Shown here in pieces: positions 35,424 to 46,453 of a stretch of DNA of 64,000 nt. The notes under the pieces were generated by a model that had not been told where the DNA came from, did no database searches, and saw only the letters and a list, made by a program, of their open reading frames with translations. Within the stretch, counting starts at the first letter, position 1. Each line of letters opens with the position of its first letter. The position numbers were made by a program, and so were the translations under genes. Source of the stretch: Patescibacteria group bacterium (GTDB lineage: Bacteria; Patescibacteriota; Patescibacteriia; 2-02-FULL-49-11); NCBI GenBank assembly GCA_041645165.1, contig JBAZQN010000011.1, forward strand, positions 1,254 to 65,253, read 5' to 3'.

Positions 35424-36821
35424 TTATCGTCCTGCGCCGGAGAGAACGGTTTTAATCGTCCGCAGGAGAATTGCCGTATCGAGGACAAACGAGCGGTTCT
35501 TGATGTAGTAAAGGTCATATTGCAATTTTTCCATGGTATCTTCCGGCGAAGCACTGTGGTACGTACCCGAGATTTGATCCCATCCCGTGAGCCCTGGTTT
35601 AACCACCAGGCGTTCTTTGTAAAATGGGATTTTATCGCTTAATGCTTCCACAAATTCCGGCCTTTCCGGCCGCGGACCCACGAAACTCATATCCCCCTTG
35701 AGCACATTGATAAGCTGGGGAAGCTCGTCAAGCCTTGTTTTCCGCAGGAAGCGACCCACTTTTGTAACGCGGGGATCGCCCTGGGTCGCCCATTGCGGCC
35801 CGTTTTTTTCCGCGTGTATATCCATGGAGCGGAATTTCATGGCAAGGAACACTTTGCCATTTTTACCAACGCGGTGCTGCATGAAGAATCCTGATCCGGG
35901 AGATTCAAGCTTTATGGCAGCATAGATGAAAGGGGCAAGCGGCGCGGCCACGATAAGCGAGAAAAGAGAGAGCACAATATCGGAAGTGCGTTTGAATATC
36001 TCATAGAGCGGTTTGTGCGCGCCAGTCGCATGTTTCATGAACCACAGTTCGCCAATGCTCTCGACAGGCACTTTTCCCGTAGCTGTTTCATAGAGGGTGG
36101 GCAGATCAGTGATTTGAGTTCTTAAATTCCGATGCATAAAGAGCGCCTGTAAAAGCGTTGGGCTCATGTGCTGATCCGTGGCAGCGACAATAAGTTCGAC
36201 GCGTTCGTTCATGATGAGGGGCGCGATCTCTTCGAGCGTAGCGGTTGTTTTTACGGGCATGCCCATTCGGCGCAGCCGTTCAGTCTCCTCAAGCGAACAT
36301 TCATCAGAATTAATTACCCAATATACCAGAAGGTAGCCGAGCTGGGGGTTATGCTGAAGCGTGCTGCTTAAAGCAAAAGCATCTTTGGAATATCCAAGGA
36401 TGAGGGTGCGGATAAGGAGCGCGGTCCCCAAAATATGGTTAAGCAAACGCCGCCAGAGTGTAATTAAAAGTGCGGTAAGTGCGACAAATAGTATGAGGTT
36501 CAAGCGCGGGGTAATGCCAGGACGCACGACATAGAAAAATATGGCCGCAAGCGCGGTAGCGCCAACCATTGCCTGGATAAGAGCGCTTGAGAAGATTTTC
36601 GAATTGCGCGCAATCGAAAGCTGATAAAGTCCAGTAATGGCAAAACTCACTAAATAAATTATAAAGACGAGAGAGAAAGGGAAGAAGTGCTGCTGCCACC
36701 GTTCGGCGCTGGGAATGCTTCCATAGCGGATAAGGAGCGTAAAAAAAAGGGCGGAATACAGGACGACGATATCACCTGCGAATAACGTTAGGGTGCGCCA
36801 GCGGTGGGTAGAATAAGTCAT
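35424..36821 (-). CDS. undecaprenyl-phosphate sugar phosphotransferase (WbaP/ExoY-type bacterial sugar transferase)
   Basis: Five N-terminal TM helices. C-terminal motifs PRPERPEFV… KPGLTGWDQISG. Confidence 0.85.
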   Translation of the reverse strand: MTYSTHRWRTLTLFAGDIVVLYSALFFTLLIRYGSIPSAERWQQHFFPFSLVFIIYLVSFAITGLYQLSIARNSKIFSSALIQAMVGATALAAIFFYVVRPGITPRLNLILFVALTALLITLWRRLLNHILGTALLIRTLILGYSKDAFALSSTLQHNPQLGYLLVYWVINSDECSLEETERLRRMGMPVKTTATLEEIAPLIMNERVELIVAATDQHMSPTLLQALFMHRNLRTQITDLPTLYETATGKVPVESIGELWFMKHATGAHKPLYEIFKRTSDIVLSLFSLIVAAPLAPFIYAAIKLESPGSGFFMQHRVGKNGKVFLAMKFRSMDIHAEKNGPQWATQGDPRVTKVGRFLRKTRLDELPQLINVLKGDMSFVGPRPERPEFVEALSDKIPFYKERLVVKPGLTGWDQISGTYHSASPEDTMEKLQYDLYYIKNRSFVLDTAILLRTIKTVLSGAGR

Positions 36822-36906
36822 AGAACAAATGAGAATACCTTAATTCTGACTCATTGTCCATTGTTTTTCAAGTGCATGCGATTATGGTATTATAGTAGCA
36901 CTGTCC

Positions 36907-37138
36907 TATGCCCCGCAATACAACATCCAAGAGGGAGGCAGAGACATTAGCGCAGAGAATGGATAATATAAGGGAATCTGCATGAGTGCGCTAATAGGTA
37001 TTTTTATGGCCTCCCTCACCGATCGCCAAACGTTTTCTCCCATCATAATTATGCATCACTACTCCAAGGTCGCATTCATTCTAGGTATTTATACCATGCC
37101 AGCCGCGTTTGGCGTTGGATGTTGATATACGGGGTATG
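36907..37138 (+). promoter_or_regulatory. conserved ~230-nt structured 5' leader L, copy 1 (upstream of the Wzy-like gene)
   Basis: Shares tatgccccgYaatacaacatccaagagggaggca … gcctccctcaYcgatcgcca … ggcgttggatgttgatatacggggt(ATG) with 50649-50876. The 5' end is complementary to the segment covering the start codon. Confidence 0.6.
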
Positions 37139-39421
37139 ACTCAAAAATTGCCACACGATAAGGCCGTGCTTCATCCTCTTGCGTGGGGGGTTCTCATACC
37201 GCTTGCGCTGTGTTTGGTGACGCCGCTGTTGGTGCATTCTTCATTTATTTTCCCCTTTATCTCGACGAAGACTTTTTGGTTCCGCAGCTGGGTGGAAGTG
37301 GCCGCCGCATGCTACGCGATCCTCGCATTTAAAGTACCCGGTTACCGTCCGCGCTTTACGCCGGTCATGAAAGCGATTGCCGGATATTTTACAGTTGCGG
37401 TGATCGCGAGTTTGTTTGGAGAAAATCTCTATCGCAGTTTTTGGGGGAACATCGAACGCGGCGAAGGGCTCCTGACACTGATGCATGTATTTGTGTACGG
37501 ATTCTTATGTGCGCAGACTTTAAGGACCAAGAAGCTCTGGGAATATTTTTTTGCGGGCAGCCTAATCGTTGCTATCCTTGTGTCGCTCTATGGCATCGGC
37601 CAGCGTATGGGCGTGAGTTGGGTATTGCATTCAGGCGACACCAGGCTATCGGCGACTATCGGCAATGCATCGTTCCTTGCCGGGTACCTCCTTATGCATA
37701 CCTTCATAGCGCTTTGGTTCGCGCTGACCCCCCGTCATATCGTGTGGCAGATCACCGCGGGGATCGCGTATGTGTTTTTGTGGTACGTGACATATAATAC
37801 CGGCACGCGCGGCGCACTGATTGCAGGAATTATCGTCACCTCTCTTATGGGCTGCGTACTTGCATTCCGCGCGCGAACACGTAAAAGAGCAATACGATTA
37901 GCGACTATTGCTGCCGTGATGGTTGTTATCGGCATCACTGCAAGTATTTTTGTAAAGCGCGATGCGCCCTGGGTGCAGCAGAGCCCGACTCTGAGACGCA
38001 TAGCTTCCATATCCTTTTCAGATATAACCACGCAGTCCCGGTTGCTCACCTGGGAATCTTCGCTGAAAGGCCTGCGCGACCGTCCGCTCTTGGGATACGG
38101 CTATGAGAATTATAATATCGCGTTCAACCGTTATTTCAATCCGCTTATTTATCGGGATGCCGGTTCACAGGTGTGGTTTGATAGGGCGCATAATGTCATT
38201 TTTGATATTGCGCTTACTTCTGGCATAGTCGGTCTCCTTGCTTACTTTTTAATGTTTGGCATGGCGCTTCGCGCGGCGTGGCAATGCGCGCGGCGTGAAG
38301 AACTCGAATCCTCCGTGACAGGCGTGTTATTTGCAAGCCTCCTTATCGCGCACCTTCTCCAGAATCTTTTTGTGTTTGACATTCTCGCTACCTATATCCC
38401 TCTCATGTTGGTATTCGGATTTTTAGATGCAGTGAGCAGCAGGATCCCGTACTCAACGCAAGGCGCGATCGTACCCTCTGGCATGCCGAAATCGGGAGCA
38501 GCTCCCGCAGTGGCAACGATTATCGTGTTAATATTTACATGGTACCATTTTAACTATTTGCCTGCGTCAGTGAATCGCGAGGGGCTGGATGCGATGCGTA
38601 TGAGGATGGAAGGAAGGGGCGCAGAAGCGACTGATAAGTTTAAGAAAGTGATCGGGAGAGACACGTATCAGGCAGGCGAGATTCGGTTAAAGCTTGCCGA
38701 ACACGCGCTCGATATAAGGGCAGGCACGGGTTCAGTGACTGATGAAATTGCGGCAAATACCTTTAACGATGCGATTGATGAAGTTTTGAAAAATATTGAA
38801 GTTTCTCCCAAGGATGCACAGCTTTATTTATACCTCATGAATTTATATTATGCGGGGGGCAAGTATCAGTCAGATCGATTAGGCTTAATAGAGCGCGTAG
38901 GCAAGGAAGCGCTTGCGCTTACTCCCACAAGGCCGCAAACGTATTACCTCCTCGGTCAAGGCGCAGCGGGGAGGGGAGAGTATGAAAAAGCGGCGGATTA
39001 TTTTAAAACTGCAGTTGATTTAAACCCTGCAGTGGTTGAATCGCACTGGAACCTGTCGGTGGCATACCGCCTTGCTAACCGGAAAGACGACGAGCGGAAG
39101 GAATATGAGATCCTCGAAGGCATGGGAATGGGCTATGCGCAGAGAGAAAACCTTGCCGACATTGATCTTATGCGCCTTACGCAAGGCTATGCATCCCTTA
39201 GCGAATATGCGCGCCTTGCAGGCGTATATGAAGTGTTGGCGAGCCGTTATCCCACCAATGCGGAATATATCGCGAAACTGGCTGCCGCATACAAATCAGC
39301 AGGGGATTACCCGCGCGCGCGCGCCATTGCGGCCAAAATGCTTGAGCTTAAACCCGACATGAAAGCTGACGTAGAATCATTTCTCGCGGAAATTGAACAG
39401 GCGGAAAAGGGCAGCCAATAG
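37136..39421 (+). CDS. O-antigen ligase/polymerase-like (Wzy_C) membrane protein with C-terminal TPR repeats
   Basis: Multi-TM. Loop motif RAHNVIFDIALTSGIVGL. C-terminal TPR-like repeats. The ORF track opens inside the leader at 37109. Confidence 0.7.
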   Translation: MTQKLPHDKAVLHPLAWGVLIPLALCLVTPLLVHSSFIFPFISTKTFWFRSWVEVAAACYAILAFKVPGYRPRFTPVMKAIAGYFTVAVIASLFGENLYRSFWGNIERGEGLLTLMHVFVYGFLCAQTLRTKKLWEYFFAGSLIVAILVSLYGIGQRMGVSWVLHSGDTRLSATIGNASFLAGYLLMHTFIALWFALTPRHIVWQITAGIAYVFLWYVTYNTGTRGALIAGIIVTSLMGCVLAFRARTRKRAIRLATIAAVMVVIGITASIFVKRDAPWVQQSPTLRRIASISFSDITTQSRLLTWESSLKGLRDRPLLGYGYENYNIAFNRYFNPLIYRDAGSQVWFDRAHNVIFDIALTSGIVGLLAYFLMFGMALRAAWQCARREELESSVTGVLFASLLIAHLLQNLFVFDILATYIPLMLVFGFLDAVSSRIPYSTQGAIVPSGMPKSGAAPAVATIIVLIFTWYHFNYLPASVNREGLDAMRMRMEGRGAEATDKFKKVIGRDTYQAGEIRLKLAEHALDIRAGTGSVTDEIAANTFNDAIDEVLKNIEVSPKDAQLYLYLMNLYYAGGKYQSDRLGLIERVGKEALALTPTRPQTYYLLGQGAAGRGEYEKAADYFKTAVDLNPAVVESHWNLSVAYRLANRKDDERKEYEILEGMGMGYAQRENLADIDLMRLTQGYASLSEYARLAGVYEVLASRYPTNAEYIAKLAAAYKSAGDYPRARAIAAKMLELKPDMKADVESFLAEIEQAEKGSQ

Positions 39422-39425
39422 CTTT

Positions 39426-41600
39426 ATGGCGATTTTTATGGTTCATAAAATAAAATTAAAAATAATAGCCTGCTTTTTTGTTTTTACCATTTGCATCGGC
39501 ATTGATGGGTCAGGCACATCGCAATCAAGTTTAATGCATGACGAGCAGGAGGGGGTCATCCGCATGGCAGCAATTGCGGAAATCACTTCATCCGTCACGC
39601 GGACGCAAGCGACGGGTACCGTGGTCCCCAATGATCCTGATTTTTTTAAACAGGAATATTTGCAACGAATCAATGCGCCTGAAGCATGGGCGAGGAGCAC
39701 GGGCGCAGAGAGCATTATTGCCGCGGTCATTGATTCCGGCATTGACATCGCTCATCCGGATTTGAAGGACAATATTTGGGTTAATTACCGGGAAATACCG
39801 GGTAATCACGTTGATGACGACGTCAACGGTTATGTGGACGATGTGAACGGTTGGGATTTTATCACCAACACATCAGATCCTAGCCCGAAGTTTACCGAGC
39901 CGTATTCAAAATTAGGAATTAATCACGGCACTATAGTGGCAGGAGTGCTTGCCGCGCGGGGAAACAACAGCATGGGCATCGCAGGCATCGCATGGAAGAC
40001 GAAAATCATGGCGTTGAGAGTGCTTGATGGCGTCGGTGAAGGGCGCACTGATCAGGTAGCGGCCGCCATCAATTATGCGAGGGCAAACGGCGCACGTATT
40101 ATCAACTTGAGCTTCGTCGGACATGATTCCAGCGTGACTATGACCCAGGCGATTTCTGATGCATGGAAAGCAGGCATTCTCATAGTCGCCGCGGCCGGTA
40201 ATGAAGTGAGAGAAGGCATCAATCTTGACGTGACCCCTGCGTACCCCGTATGCCAGTCAGGCACGAATGGGGAGAATTGGGTATTTGGCGTGACCTCAGT
40301 CGATTTGGCGGACCGGCGCGCAAATTTTTCAAATTATGGCAGGCGCTGCGTGGACGTGGCAGCACCGGGCATGTCTGTGTATTCTACGGTGGTGTTTAGG
40401 CCATCGATCATGGGTTATGATGAACCTTACTCGGGCTGGTGGACAGGCACGTCTGTGGCGGTGCCGCAGGTCTCCGGTCTTGCGGCCCTTATTTGGTCCA
40501 TAAAACCTACTTTTACTCTGAGTCAGGTTCAGGATATCATAAAAGAACAGGCGCAGGATATTGATAATAATAATCCGGAAATCGGCGGCCTTTTGGGGCG
40601 CGGAAGGGTGGATATGTATGCATCGCTTGAAAAAGCGATAGCGACCACCCCTGGGTCTAGAGAGGATTATCCCAAGATTTCATCAGGTCCTGCCCCCTCA
40701 TTTATCATTGTGGCACAAAAGTCAGTGGAAGCGCCTGAGGTAAAGGTTTATAATAATAAGACAGAGCTTATAAAAAGTTTTTACGCCTACAATAAGGCAT
40801 CACGCATCGCCGTCAACATTGCGGCCGCTGACCTAGACGGTGACCGTGAGCTTGATGTGGTGACAGGGGTAGGGAAAGGCGGCGCGCCGCAGGTGAATAT
40901 TTTTTCGCTCCAAGGTGTCCTTAAGTCATCCTTTTATGCGTATAACCCGACCTATCTGCGGGGATTCAGCGTCGCCGCAGGCGATGTGGACGGTGACGGG
41001 TATAAGGAAATCGTGACCGCTCCCATGCCCGGCGGCGGGCCGCATATAAGGATTTTTTCTTTTGATGGGAGGCTGAAGAGCCAATTTTTCGCTTTTGAGG
41101 AAAGTACGCGGTATGGGACGAGTGTCGCGACTGGCGATATGGATGGCGATGGTGTGGATGAAATTATTGTGGGTTCTGGCCAGGGCAGGTCTGCAGCAGT
41201 GCGGGTGTTTACCTGGAAAGGGATTTTGAAGCGAGAACTCATTGTGTTCCCTGAATCTTTCGCGGGAGGTGTTTCTGTAGCCACTATCGATTTAGAAGGT
41301 GATAACAAAAAAGAGATTGTCGTGGGCGCGGGACCAGGCGGAGGTCCGCAGGTGAGGATCATCAATCAGGATGGCGGCGTTTTGATGCAATTTTTCGCAT
41401 TTGCGCGGGCGTTTAAAGGGGGAGTACAGGTCGCAAGCGGCGATGTGAATCAGGACCGCCGTGATGAAATAATTGTAGGCGCAGGGACGGGTGGGGGACC
41501 GCAGGTGAGGGTATTTAATTCTTATGGTTCACTCATGACCCAATTTTTTTCTTTTGCGTCTAGTTATCGCGGCGGAGTAAACGTGGCCAGCGGGCAGTGA
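39426..41600 (+). CDS. secreted S8 subtilisin-like protease with C-terminal FG-GAP/VCBS repeats
   Basis: Catalytic D (AVIDSGID), H (HGTIVAG), S (GTSVAVPQVSG). Six or more DxDGDG repeat units. Signal peptide from the M at 39426. Confidence 0.85.
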   Translation: MAIFMVHKIKLKIIACFFVFTICIGIDGSGTSQSSLMHDEQEGVIRMAAIAEITSSVTRTQATGTVVPNDPDFFKQEYLQRINAPEAWARSTGAESIIAAVIDSGIDIAHPDLKDNIWVNYREIPGNHVDDDVNGYVDDVNGWDFITNTSDPSPKFTEPYSKLGINHGTIVAGVLAARGNNSMGIAGIAWKTKIMALRVLDGVGEGRTDQVAAAINYARANGARIINLSFVGHDSSVTMTQAISDAWKAGILIVAAAGNEVREGINLDVTPAYPVCQSGTNGENWVFGVTSVDLADRRANFSNYGRRCVDVAAPGMSVYSTVVFRPSIMGYDEPYSGWWTGTSVAVPQVSGLAALIWSIKPTFTLSQVQDIIKEQAQDIDNNNPEIGGLLGRGRVDMYASLEKAIATTPGSREDYPKISSGPAPSFIIVAQKSVEAPEVKVYNNKTELIKSFYAYNKASRIAVNIAAADLDGDRELDVVTGVGKGGAPQVNIFSLQGVLKSSFYAYNPTYLRGFSVAAGDVDGDGYKEIVTAPMPGGGPHIRIFSFDGRLKSQFFAFEESTRYGTSVATGDMDGDGVDEIIVGSGQGRSAAVRVFTWKGILKRELIVFPESFAGGVSVATIDLEGDNKKEIVVGAGPGGGPQVRIINQDGGVLMQFFAFARAFKGGVQVASGDVNQDRRDEIIVGAGTGGGPQVRVFNSYGSLMTQFFSFASSYRGGVNVASGQ

Positions 41601-41700
41601 GGTAATTGAAAATCAAAATGTAAAATTCAAAACTCAAAATTATGGAGTCCCGCATTAGCGGGACGTAATACCATCATTTTGATTTTTGATTTTTGGATTT
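41600..41700. repeat. heptamer-periodic quasi-palindrome (aaaatca repeats) around the hairpin gagtcccgcattagcgggac
   Basis: Mirror arms aatcaaaatgtaaaattcaaaactcaaaat / attttgatttttgatttttggatttt. Related to 45565-45660. Confidence 0.75.
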
Positions 41701-42730
41701 TAACTTTATTTATATGTCCGTATTTTACGTTTCAGGGAGGCCAAATATTATTGTGACCGGCGCGGCAGGGTTTTTGGGATCGCATCTTGTCGAGATGCTT
41801 CTCAAAAGCGCGAACGTGATCGGCATAGATAATTTTATCACCGGAGACGAACGAAATATCGACACCTTCCTTTCTGACCCTCATTTTGAATTTATCCGCC
41901 ATGATCTGACCGTGCCCATTGATGTGCGGGTATTGCCAGAGCTTAAAAAATTTAAAGCAGCGGTTCAAGGAATCCAGCAGGTCTATCACCTCGCATGCCC
42001 GACCTCGCCAAAAGAATATAACCGCATACCGATTGAGACGCTTAATGCCAATGCCTATGCCACTAAAAATATGCTTGACTTGGCACAGCAGCATAAGGCA
42101 AGATTCCTGTTCACCTCCTCGAGTGCGGTCTATGGCGAACCGAGCGAAAATGCCCCGGTGCCGGAGAAGTGGTGGGGGTACGTCGACCCTGTCGGGCCTC
42201 GTTCGGCGTATAATGAGGGAAAGCGTTTTGCCGAAGCGATCTGCGCCAATTACCGGAATACCTACAGCATGGAGGTGGTAATTGTGAGGATTTTCAATAC
42301 GTTCGGGCCGCGGATGAAGCTCAATGACGGCCGTTTAATTCCTGATCTTATACGGGCGGCATTCAGGAACGAGCCGTTGGTGATCAATGGAGATAAAAAT
42401 GCGATTTCGACATTTTGTTATGTCACCGACATGATCGATGGCATATTGAAAGCGATGGAGGCGAATATGAATCAGCCGGTGAATCTGGGAAGCGATGACC
42501 CAAAACCGATCCGTGAAGTCGCAGAGATGATAGTGCGCCTTGCGAAGTCTACATCTATCATTGAATATCAACCGCACTTGCCCTATACCTCCCGCCAGCT
42601 TACCCCTGATATTGGGGTTGCGCGCAATGAATTAAGCTGGTGGCCCATGGTGGCGCTGGAGGAGGGATTGAGCCAAACAGTCGAATATATGCGCTCCATG
42701 ACGCATGTGTATGATATTGAAAGAGAGTAG
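41693..42730 (+). CDS. UDP-glucuronate decarboxylase (UXS-type NAD-dependent epimerase/dehydratase)
   Basis: VTGAAGFLGSHL, FEFIRHDLTVP, YHLACPTSP, YGEP…YNEGKR match UXS closely. The start may be the ATG at 41714. Confidence 0.8.
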   Translation: MDFNFIYMSVFYVSGRPNIIVTGAAGFLGSHLVEMLLKSANVIGIDNFITGDERNIDTFLSDPHFEFIRHDLTVPIDVRVLPELKKFKAAVQGIQQVYHLACPTSPKEYNRIPIETLNANAYATKNMLDLAQQHKARFLFTSSSAVYGEPSENAPVPEKWWGYVDPVGPRSAYNEGKRFAEAICANYRNTYSMEVVIVRIFNTFGPRMKLNDGRLIPDLIRAAFRNEPLVINGDKNAISTFCYVTDMIDGILKAMEANMNQPVNLGSDDPKPIREVAEMIVRLAKSTSIIEYQPHLPYTSRQLTPDIGVARNELSWWPMVALEEGLSQTVEYMRSMTHVYDIERE

Positions 42731-42734
42731 AAGG

Positions 42735-42875
42735 AAAATATAAATCGAAGTTCTAAATCCGAAACCCTAAACCCTAAACACCCCATCGACTCGGCTCAGG
42801 GTGACAAAGCGGTTGTCATGGTGAGCCGAGTCGAACCATGTTTAGAGTTTAGAGCTTAGAATTTAGAGTTTATTC
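42735..42875. repeat. heptamer-periodic quasi-palindrome (ctaaatc/cgaaacc/ctaaacc… mirrored by gtttaga repeats) with central hairpin cgactcggctca…tgagccgagtcg
   Basis: Arms homologous to 55305-55445. Sits upstream of metK. Confidence 0.8.
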
Positions 42876-42878
42876 AAT

Positions 42879-44060
42879 ATGCAAAAGTCAAAACATTATA
42901 TCTTTACTTCAGAATCAGTAACCGAGGGGCATCCGGACAAAGTCTGCGACCAGGTGTCTGACGCCGTGCTCGACGCGATTTATAAAAATGATCCCTATGC
43001 GCGCGTGGCGTGCGAATGTTTGACTACGACCGGGCTGTTGGTGGTCGCGGGAGAAATCACGACGACCACGTATGTAGATGTCCCCGGCATCGCGCGCAAA
43101 GTTATCCGTGATATCGGCTACAACGATCCTGCCTACGGATTCGATGCTGATTCTTGCGGCGTGATTACCTCCATACATGAGCAAAGCCCAGATATCGCGC
43201 AAGGCGTGGTGGACGGCGAAGGGAAAAAAGGAGAAGGCGCCAGGGAAGTGAAAGGCGCCGGCGACCAAGGGTTGATGTTTGGATATGCCATCAGGGAAAC
43301 AAAAGAGCTTATGCCCCTTCCTATCATGCTCGCGCACAAGCTCGCGCGCCGCTTGGCGCAGGTGAGGAAGGAAGGAGTGCTTCCCTATTTGCGGCCTGAC
43401 GGCAAGACAGAGGTGGCGGTTGAATATGTCAATGGTAAAGCAGTGCGACTTGCCTCGGTTGTCATTGCGGCGCAGCACAATCCCGAGGTGGATGAGTTTA
43501 CCGTGCAGAATGATGTGGTGCAGAAAGTCATTAAGCCTGTATGCGGGAAATTGTTTGACCGAAAAACGCAAGTATTTGTAAATGCCACGGGAAAATTCGT
43601 GATTGGAGGCCCTGCGGGCGATACCGGTCTCACCGGAAGAAAAATCATCGTGGACACCTACGGCGGGCACGGGGCGCACGGCGGCGGTTGCTTCTCGGGC
43701 AAAGACCCTTCCAAGGTGGATCGCTCCGCTTCCTATATGGCGCGTTACGTTGCCAAGAATATCGTAGCCGCACGGCTCGCGGACCGCTGTGAAGTGCAGT
43801 TGGCCTATGTGATAGGGGTAAAAGACCCGGTGAGCATACTCGTGGATACCAAAGGAACAGGAAAAGTGCCTGATGAGAAACTCGCAATGGCAGTGCGCGA
43901 AGTGTTTCCCTTGGATCCCGCGGGGATTATCAAGCATCTCAAACTTCGCCGTCCCATATACCTCAAAACCGCTGCCTACGGCCACTTCGGCCGCTTGGAA
44001 CCTACGTTTACATGGGAAAAGACGGATAAGGTTAATCAATTAAAGAAGAGGTTAAAATAG
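42879..44060 (+). CDS. metK: S-adenosylmethionine synthase
   Basis: Motifs [45 protein letters not shown]-type. Confidence 0.95.
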   Translation: MQKSKHYIFTSESVTEGHPDKVCDQVSDAVLDAIYKNDPYARVACECLTTTGLLVVAGEITTTTYVDVPGIARKVIRDIGYNDPAYGFDADSCGVITSIHEQSPDIAQGVVDGEGKKGEGAREVKGAGDQGLMFGYAIRETKELMPLPIMLAHKLARRLAQVRKEGVLPYLRPDGKTEVAVEYVNGKAVRLASVVIAAQHNPEVDEFTVQNDVVQKVIKPVCGKLFDRKTQVFVNATGKFVIGGPAGDTGLTGRKIIVDTYGGHGAHGGGCFSGKDPSKVDRSASYMARYVAKNIVAARLADRCEVQLAYVIGVKDPVSILVDTKGTGKVPDEKLAMAVREVFPLDPAGIIKHLKLRRPIYLKTAAYGHFGRLEPTFTWEKTDKVNQLKKRLK

Positions 44061-44064
44061 ATTT

Positions 44065-44640
44065 ATGTCTAAGCAAGAGATTCCAGACGGCGGAACTTAC
44101 GAGGAAGACATAGAAAAAAAAGAGCTGGAAAAACCAGTGATTCACTTTGTTTGTCAGCAAGGTAGTTCATCAGGTGAACTATGTAGAAAAGTGGAAGATA
44201 ATATGGAAAGAAATATGGCAGAATTGAAGAAATTAATAAAGTTTAAGGTAGATCCATCTGACGAAATAGGTTTATACCCCACATTACAATATGTTATGAA
44301 ATTATTAGACTCAAATCCAAATGACATTGTTGTTTTTTCCATAGGTAATATTTATGATGTTTTAAAAAAGGTAGAATCGTATAAATCCGATAAAGTCTGG
44401 TTGTCAAGTGTTGAAGAAATGGAGATTATTATTGAAAGGCTTCGTGCCGAATTGGCAAAAGAGCATAGCAGGCTTCTAAGTCTTCCAAAGTTTTATCCTA
44501 TACTAACAGGAGCAGAAGAAGAAGAAGAAAAAGAGATACAATTATTGGCGGAGAAGATAGTAAATTTAGCTGAATTTTTAGCATCACAAAAAGTGCAGAT
44601 ACTGAAGGAAGAGGGGGATACACTCAAGATCAAAGAATAA
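44065..44640 (+). CDS. hypothetical acidic protein (191 aa)
   Basis: AT-rich ORF with no motifs. Begins 4 nt after metK. Confidence 0.4.
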   Translation: MSKQEIPDGGTYEEDIEKKELEKPVIHFVCQQGSSSGELCRKVEDNMERNMAELKKLIKFKVDPSDEIGLYPTLQYVMKLLDSNPNDIVVFSIGNIYDVLKKVESYKSDKVWLSSVEEMEIIIERLRAELAKEHSRLLSLPKFYPILTGAEEEEEKEIQLLAEKIVNLAEFLASQKVQILKEEGDTLKIKE

Positions 44641-44652
44641 AATTTAAAATTT

Positions 44653-45597
44653 ATGGAAATAATTGTCACCGGCGGAGCGGGGTTTATCGGATCGCATGTT
44701 GTGGATGCGCTGATTGGGCGTGGATTTCAGGTAACGGTGATTGATAATCTTATTACTGGCAAGCGGGCAAACGTGCACAAAATAGCTAAGCTGATTAGGT
44801 TGGATGTCAGAAACCCTAAACTTAATAATTTATTTAAAACAATAAAACCTGTATACGTTTTTCATCTTGCAGCGCAAATGGACGTGAAAAAATCATTGAG
44901 AGAGCCGCTTTTTGACGCGAGTGTGAACATATTAGGATCGCTCAACGTGATTAAATCAGCTGCTGATGTTGGGGTGAAAAAATTTATCTTTACCTCAACT
45001 GGCGGCGCAGTCTACGGCGACACATCAATTATTCCCACACCCGAAACAGTACCCGAGGCGCCCATTTCACCATATGGGGTGGCAAAGCTCGCGGTAGATA
45101 AATACCTCCATCAATTTTGGCACGTTGCAGGCATGCCCTATGTGAGCTTGAGATTTGGCAACGTGTATGGACCGCGCCAGCGTGCTGACGGCGAGGCGGG
45201 CGTGGTGGCAATCTTTGCAGGAAGGCTCGTACGCGGATTGCCCTGCGCGATAAATGGGAGCGGTAAACAAACGCGCGATTTCGTATATGTGGGCGATGTA
45301 GTAGATGCGGCTATGAAGGCAATGTATAAACCTTTTGTGGGCACGGTCAACATTGCAACAGGGAAGGAATCATCGGTAAATACGGTATATATGTTGTTGG
45401 CGAAAAACATACAGACGCGTTTGAAGGCCACACATAATCCTGCGATTCAGGGGGAGCAAATGCGCAGCGTGCTAGATTGGAAAAAAGCGAAAAAAGTGCT
45501 AGGATGGAAGCCGAAGGTGAATTTAGAGGAAGGATTGAGGAGAACTATTGCATGGCATTGTCATAATGCAAAAATCAAAAATCAAAAATCAAAATGA
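44653..45597 (+). CDS. NAD-dependent epimerase/dehydratase (GalE-like)
   Basis: VTGGAGFIGSHV, YGVAK (YxxxK). 314 aa. Confidence 0.8.
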   Translation: MEIIVTGGAGFIGSHVVDALIGRGFQVTVIDNLITGKRANVHKIAKLIRLDVRNPKLNNLFKTIKPVYVFHLAAQMDVKKSLREPLFDASVNILGSLNVIKSAADVGVKKFIFTSTGGAVYGDTSIIPTPETVPEAPISPYGVAKLAVDKYLHQFWHVAGMPYVSLRFGNVYGPRQRADGEAGVVAIFAGRLVRGLPCAINGSGKQTRDFVYVGDVVDAAMKAMYKPFVGTVNIATGKESSVNTVYMLLAKNIQTRLKATHNPAIQGEQMRSVLDWKKAKKVLGWKPKVNLEEGLRRTIAWHCHNAKIKNQKSK

Positions 45598-45660
45598 TAG
45601 ATCAAAATTTATAAATTTTGTATTCTCATTTTGCATTTTGAGATTTACATTTTGATTTAT
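45565..45660. repeat. heptamer-periodic quasi-palindrome ((aaaaatc)n … attttgatttt)
   Basis: Overlaps the epimerase C-terminus (…KIKNQKSK). Confidence 0.75.
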
Positions 45661-46336
45661 GACTGTGGTAGTTGTAATTCCCGCTTTTAACGAATCTCGG
45701 ACCATTGCCGAAGTTATCCATGGCTGTTTGCAGCACGCGAGTGAGGTCATGGTCATAAATGACGGTTCGTGCGATGATACTGCGCTGCGCGCGCGTCAGG
45801 CAGGCGCTGCTGTTTTTGAGCATATGGTGAACAGGGGATATGGCGCGGCATTGCAAACCGGCATACAGGCGGCGCTTATGCGCGGTGCGGACATCATCGT
45901 GACCATTGATGCGGACGGCCAGCATGAGCCGGAAGAGATCATAAAGGTTATTGAGCCGCTCCAAAAAGGCGAAGCTGATATCGTGATAGGCGACAGGTTC
46001 GGTACGCAGTCAAAGCGCGAAGGAATGAGTTTATTAAGAAAAGCCTACATTACCGCGGGGAACCTCCTCACATGGATCCTCTACGGCGTATGGCTCTCTG
46101 ATACCCAGTCGGGATTCCGCGCTTATACGCGCAATGCGTTAAGAAATTTGCAGACTCATGCACAGGGTATGGAATTTTCTTCTGAAATCATTGGAGAAGC
46201 GGCTAGACTGGGTTTGAGAATTGCGACTATCCCCATCACAGTGCGCTATACTGACTATTCGATAGGAAAGGGGCAGAATATATCTACAGGTATTGGGACT
46301 GCATTTCGGCTGTTCTTAAGAAGAATTTTGAGATAA
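45659..46336 (+). CDS. GT2 glycosyltransferase (polyprenol-phosphate sugar synthase/DPM1-like)
   Basis: VVIPAFNESRTI … VINDGSCDDT … DADGQH. Confidence 0.8.
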   Translation: MTVVVVIPAFNESRTIAEVIHGCLQHASEVMVINDGSCDDTALRARQAGAAVFEHMVNRGYGAALQTGIQAALMRGADIIVTIDADGQHEPEEIIKVIEPLQKGEADIVIGDRFGTQSKREGMSLLRKAYITAGNLLTWILYGVWLSDTQSGFRAYTRNALRNLQTHAQGMEFSSEIIGEAARLGLRIATIPITVRYTDYSIGKGQNISTGIGTAFRLFLRRILR

Positions 46337-46337
46337 T

Positions 46338-46450
46338 ATAAAGCGTCGAGGTATAAGAAACAAGATACAAGAAACAAACATCAAGCTACAAGATACAATA
46401 ACCAATATTGGTGTTTGTGAGTTGGTTATTGGTGATTATTTGATGATTGT
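46338..46450. repeat. heptamer-periodic quasi-palindrome (aagaaac/aagatac … mirrored gtttcttgg)
   Basis: A related tract lies at 8985-9020. Confidence 0.7.
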
Positions 46451-46453
46451 TTC

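Noticed and set aside
42735-42878. SAM riboswitch upstream of metK
   Set aside because: The spacer is a heptamer quasi-palindrome of the ctaaacc family. There are no S-box conserved helices or the GGAGGGA/kink-turn motifs.
42915-44039. 374-aa minus-strand ORF spanning the whole metK region
   Set aside because: It overlaps the unmistakable metK frame on the opposite strand. It is an antisense shadow ORF typical of GC-biased third positions, with no start context or motifs.
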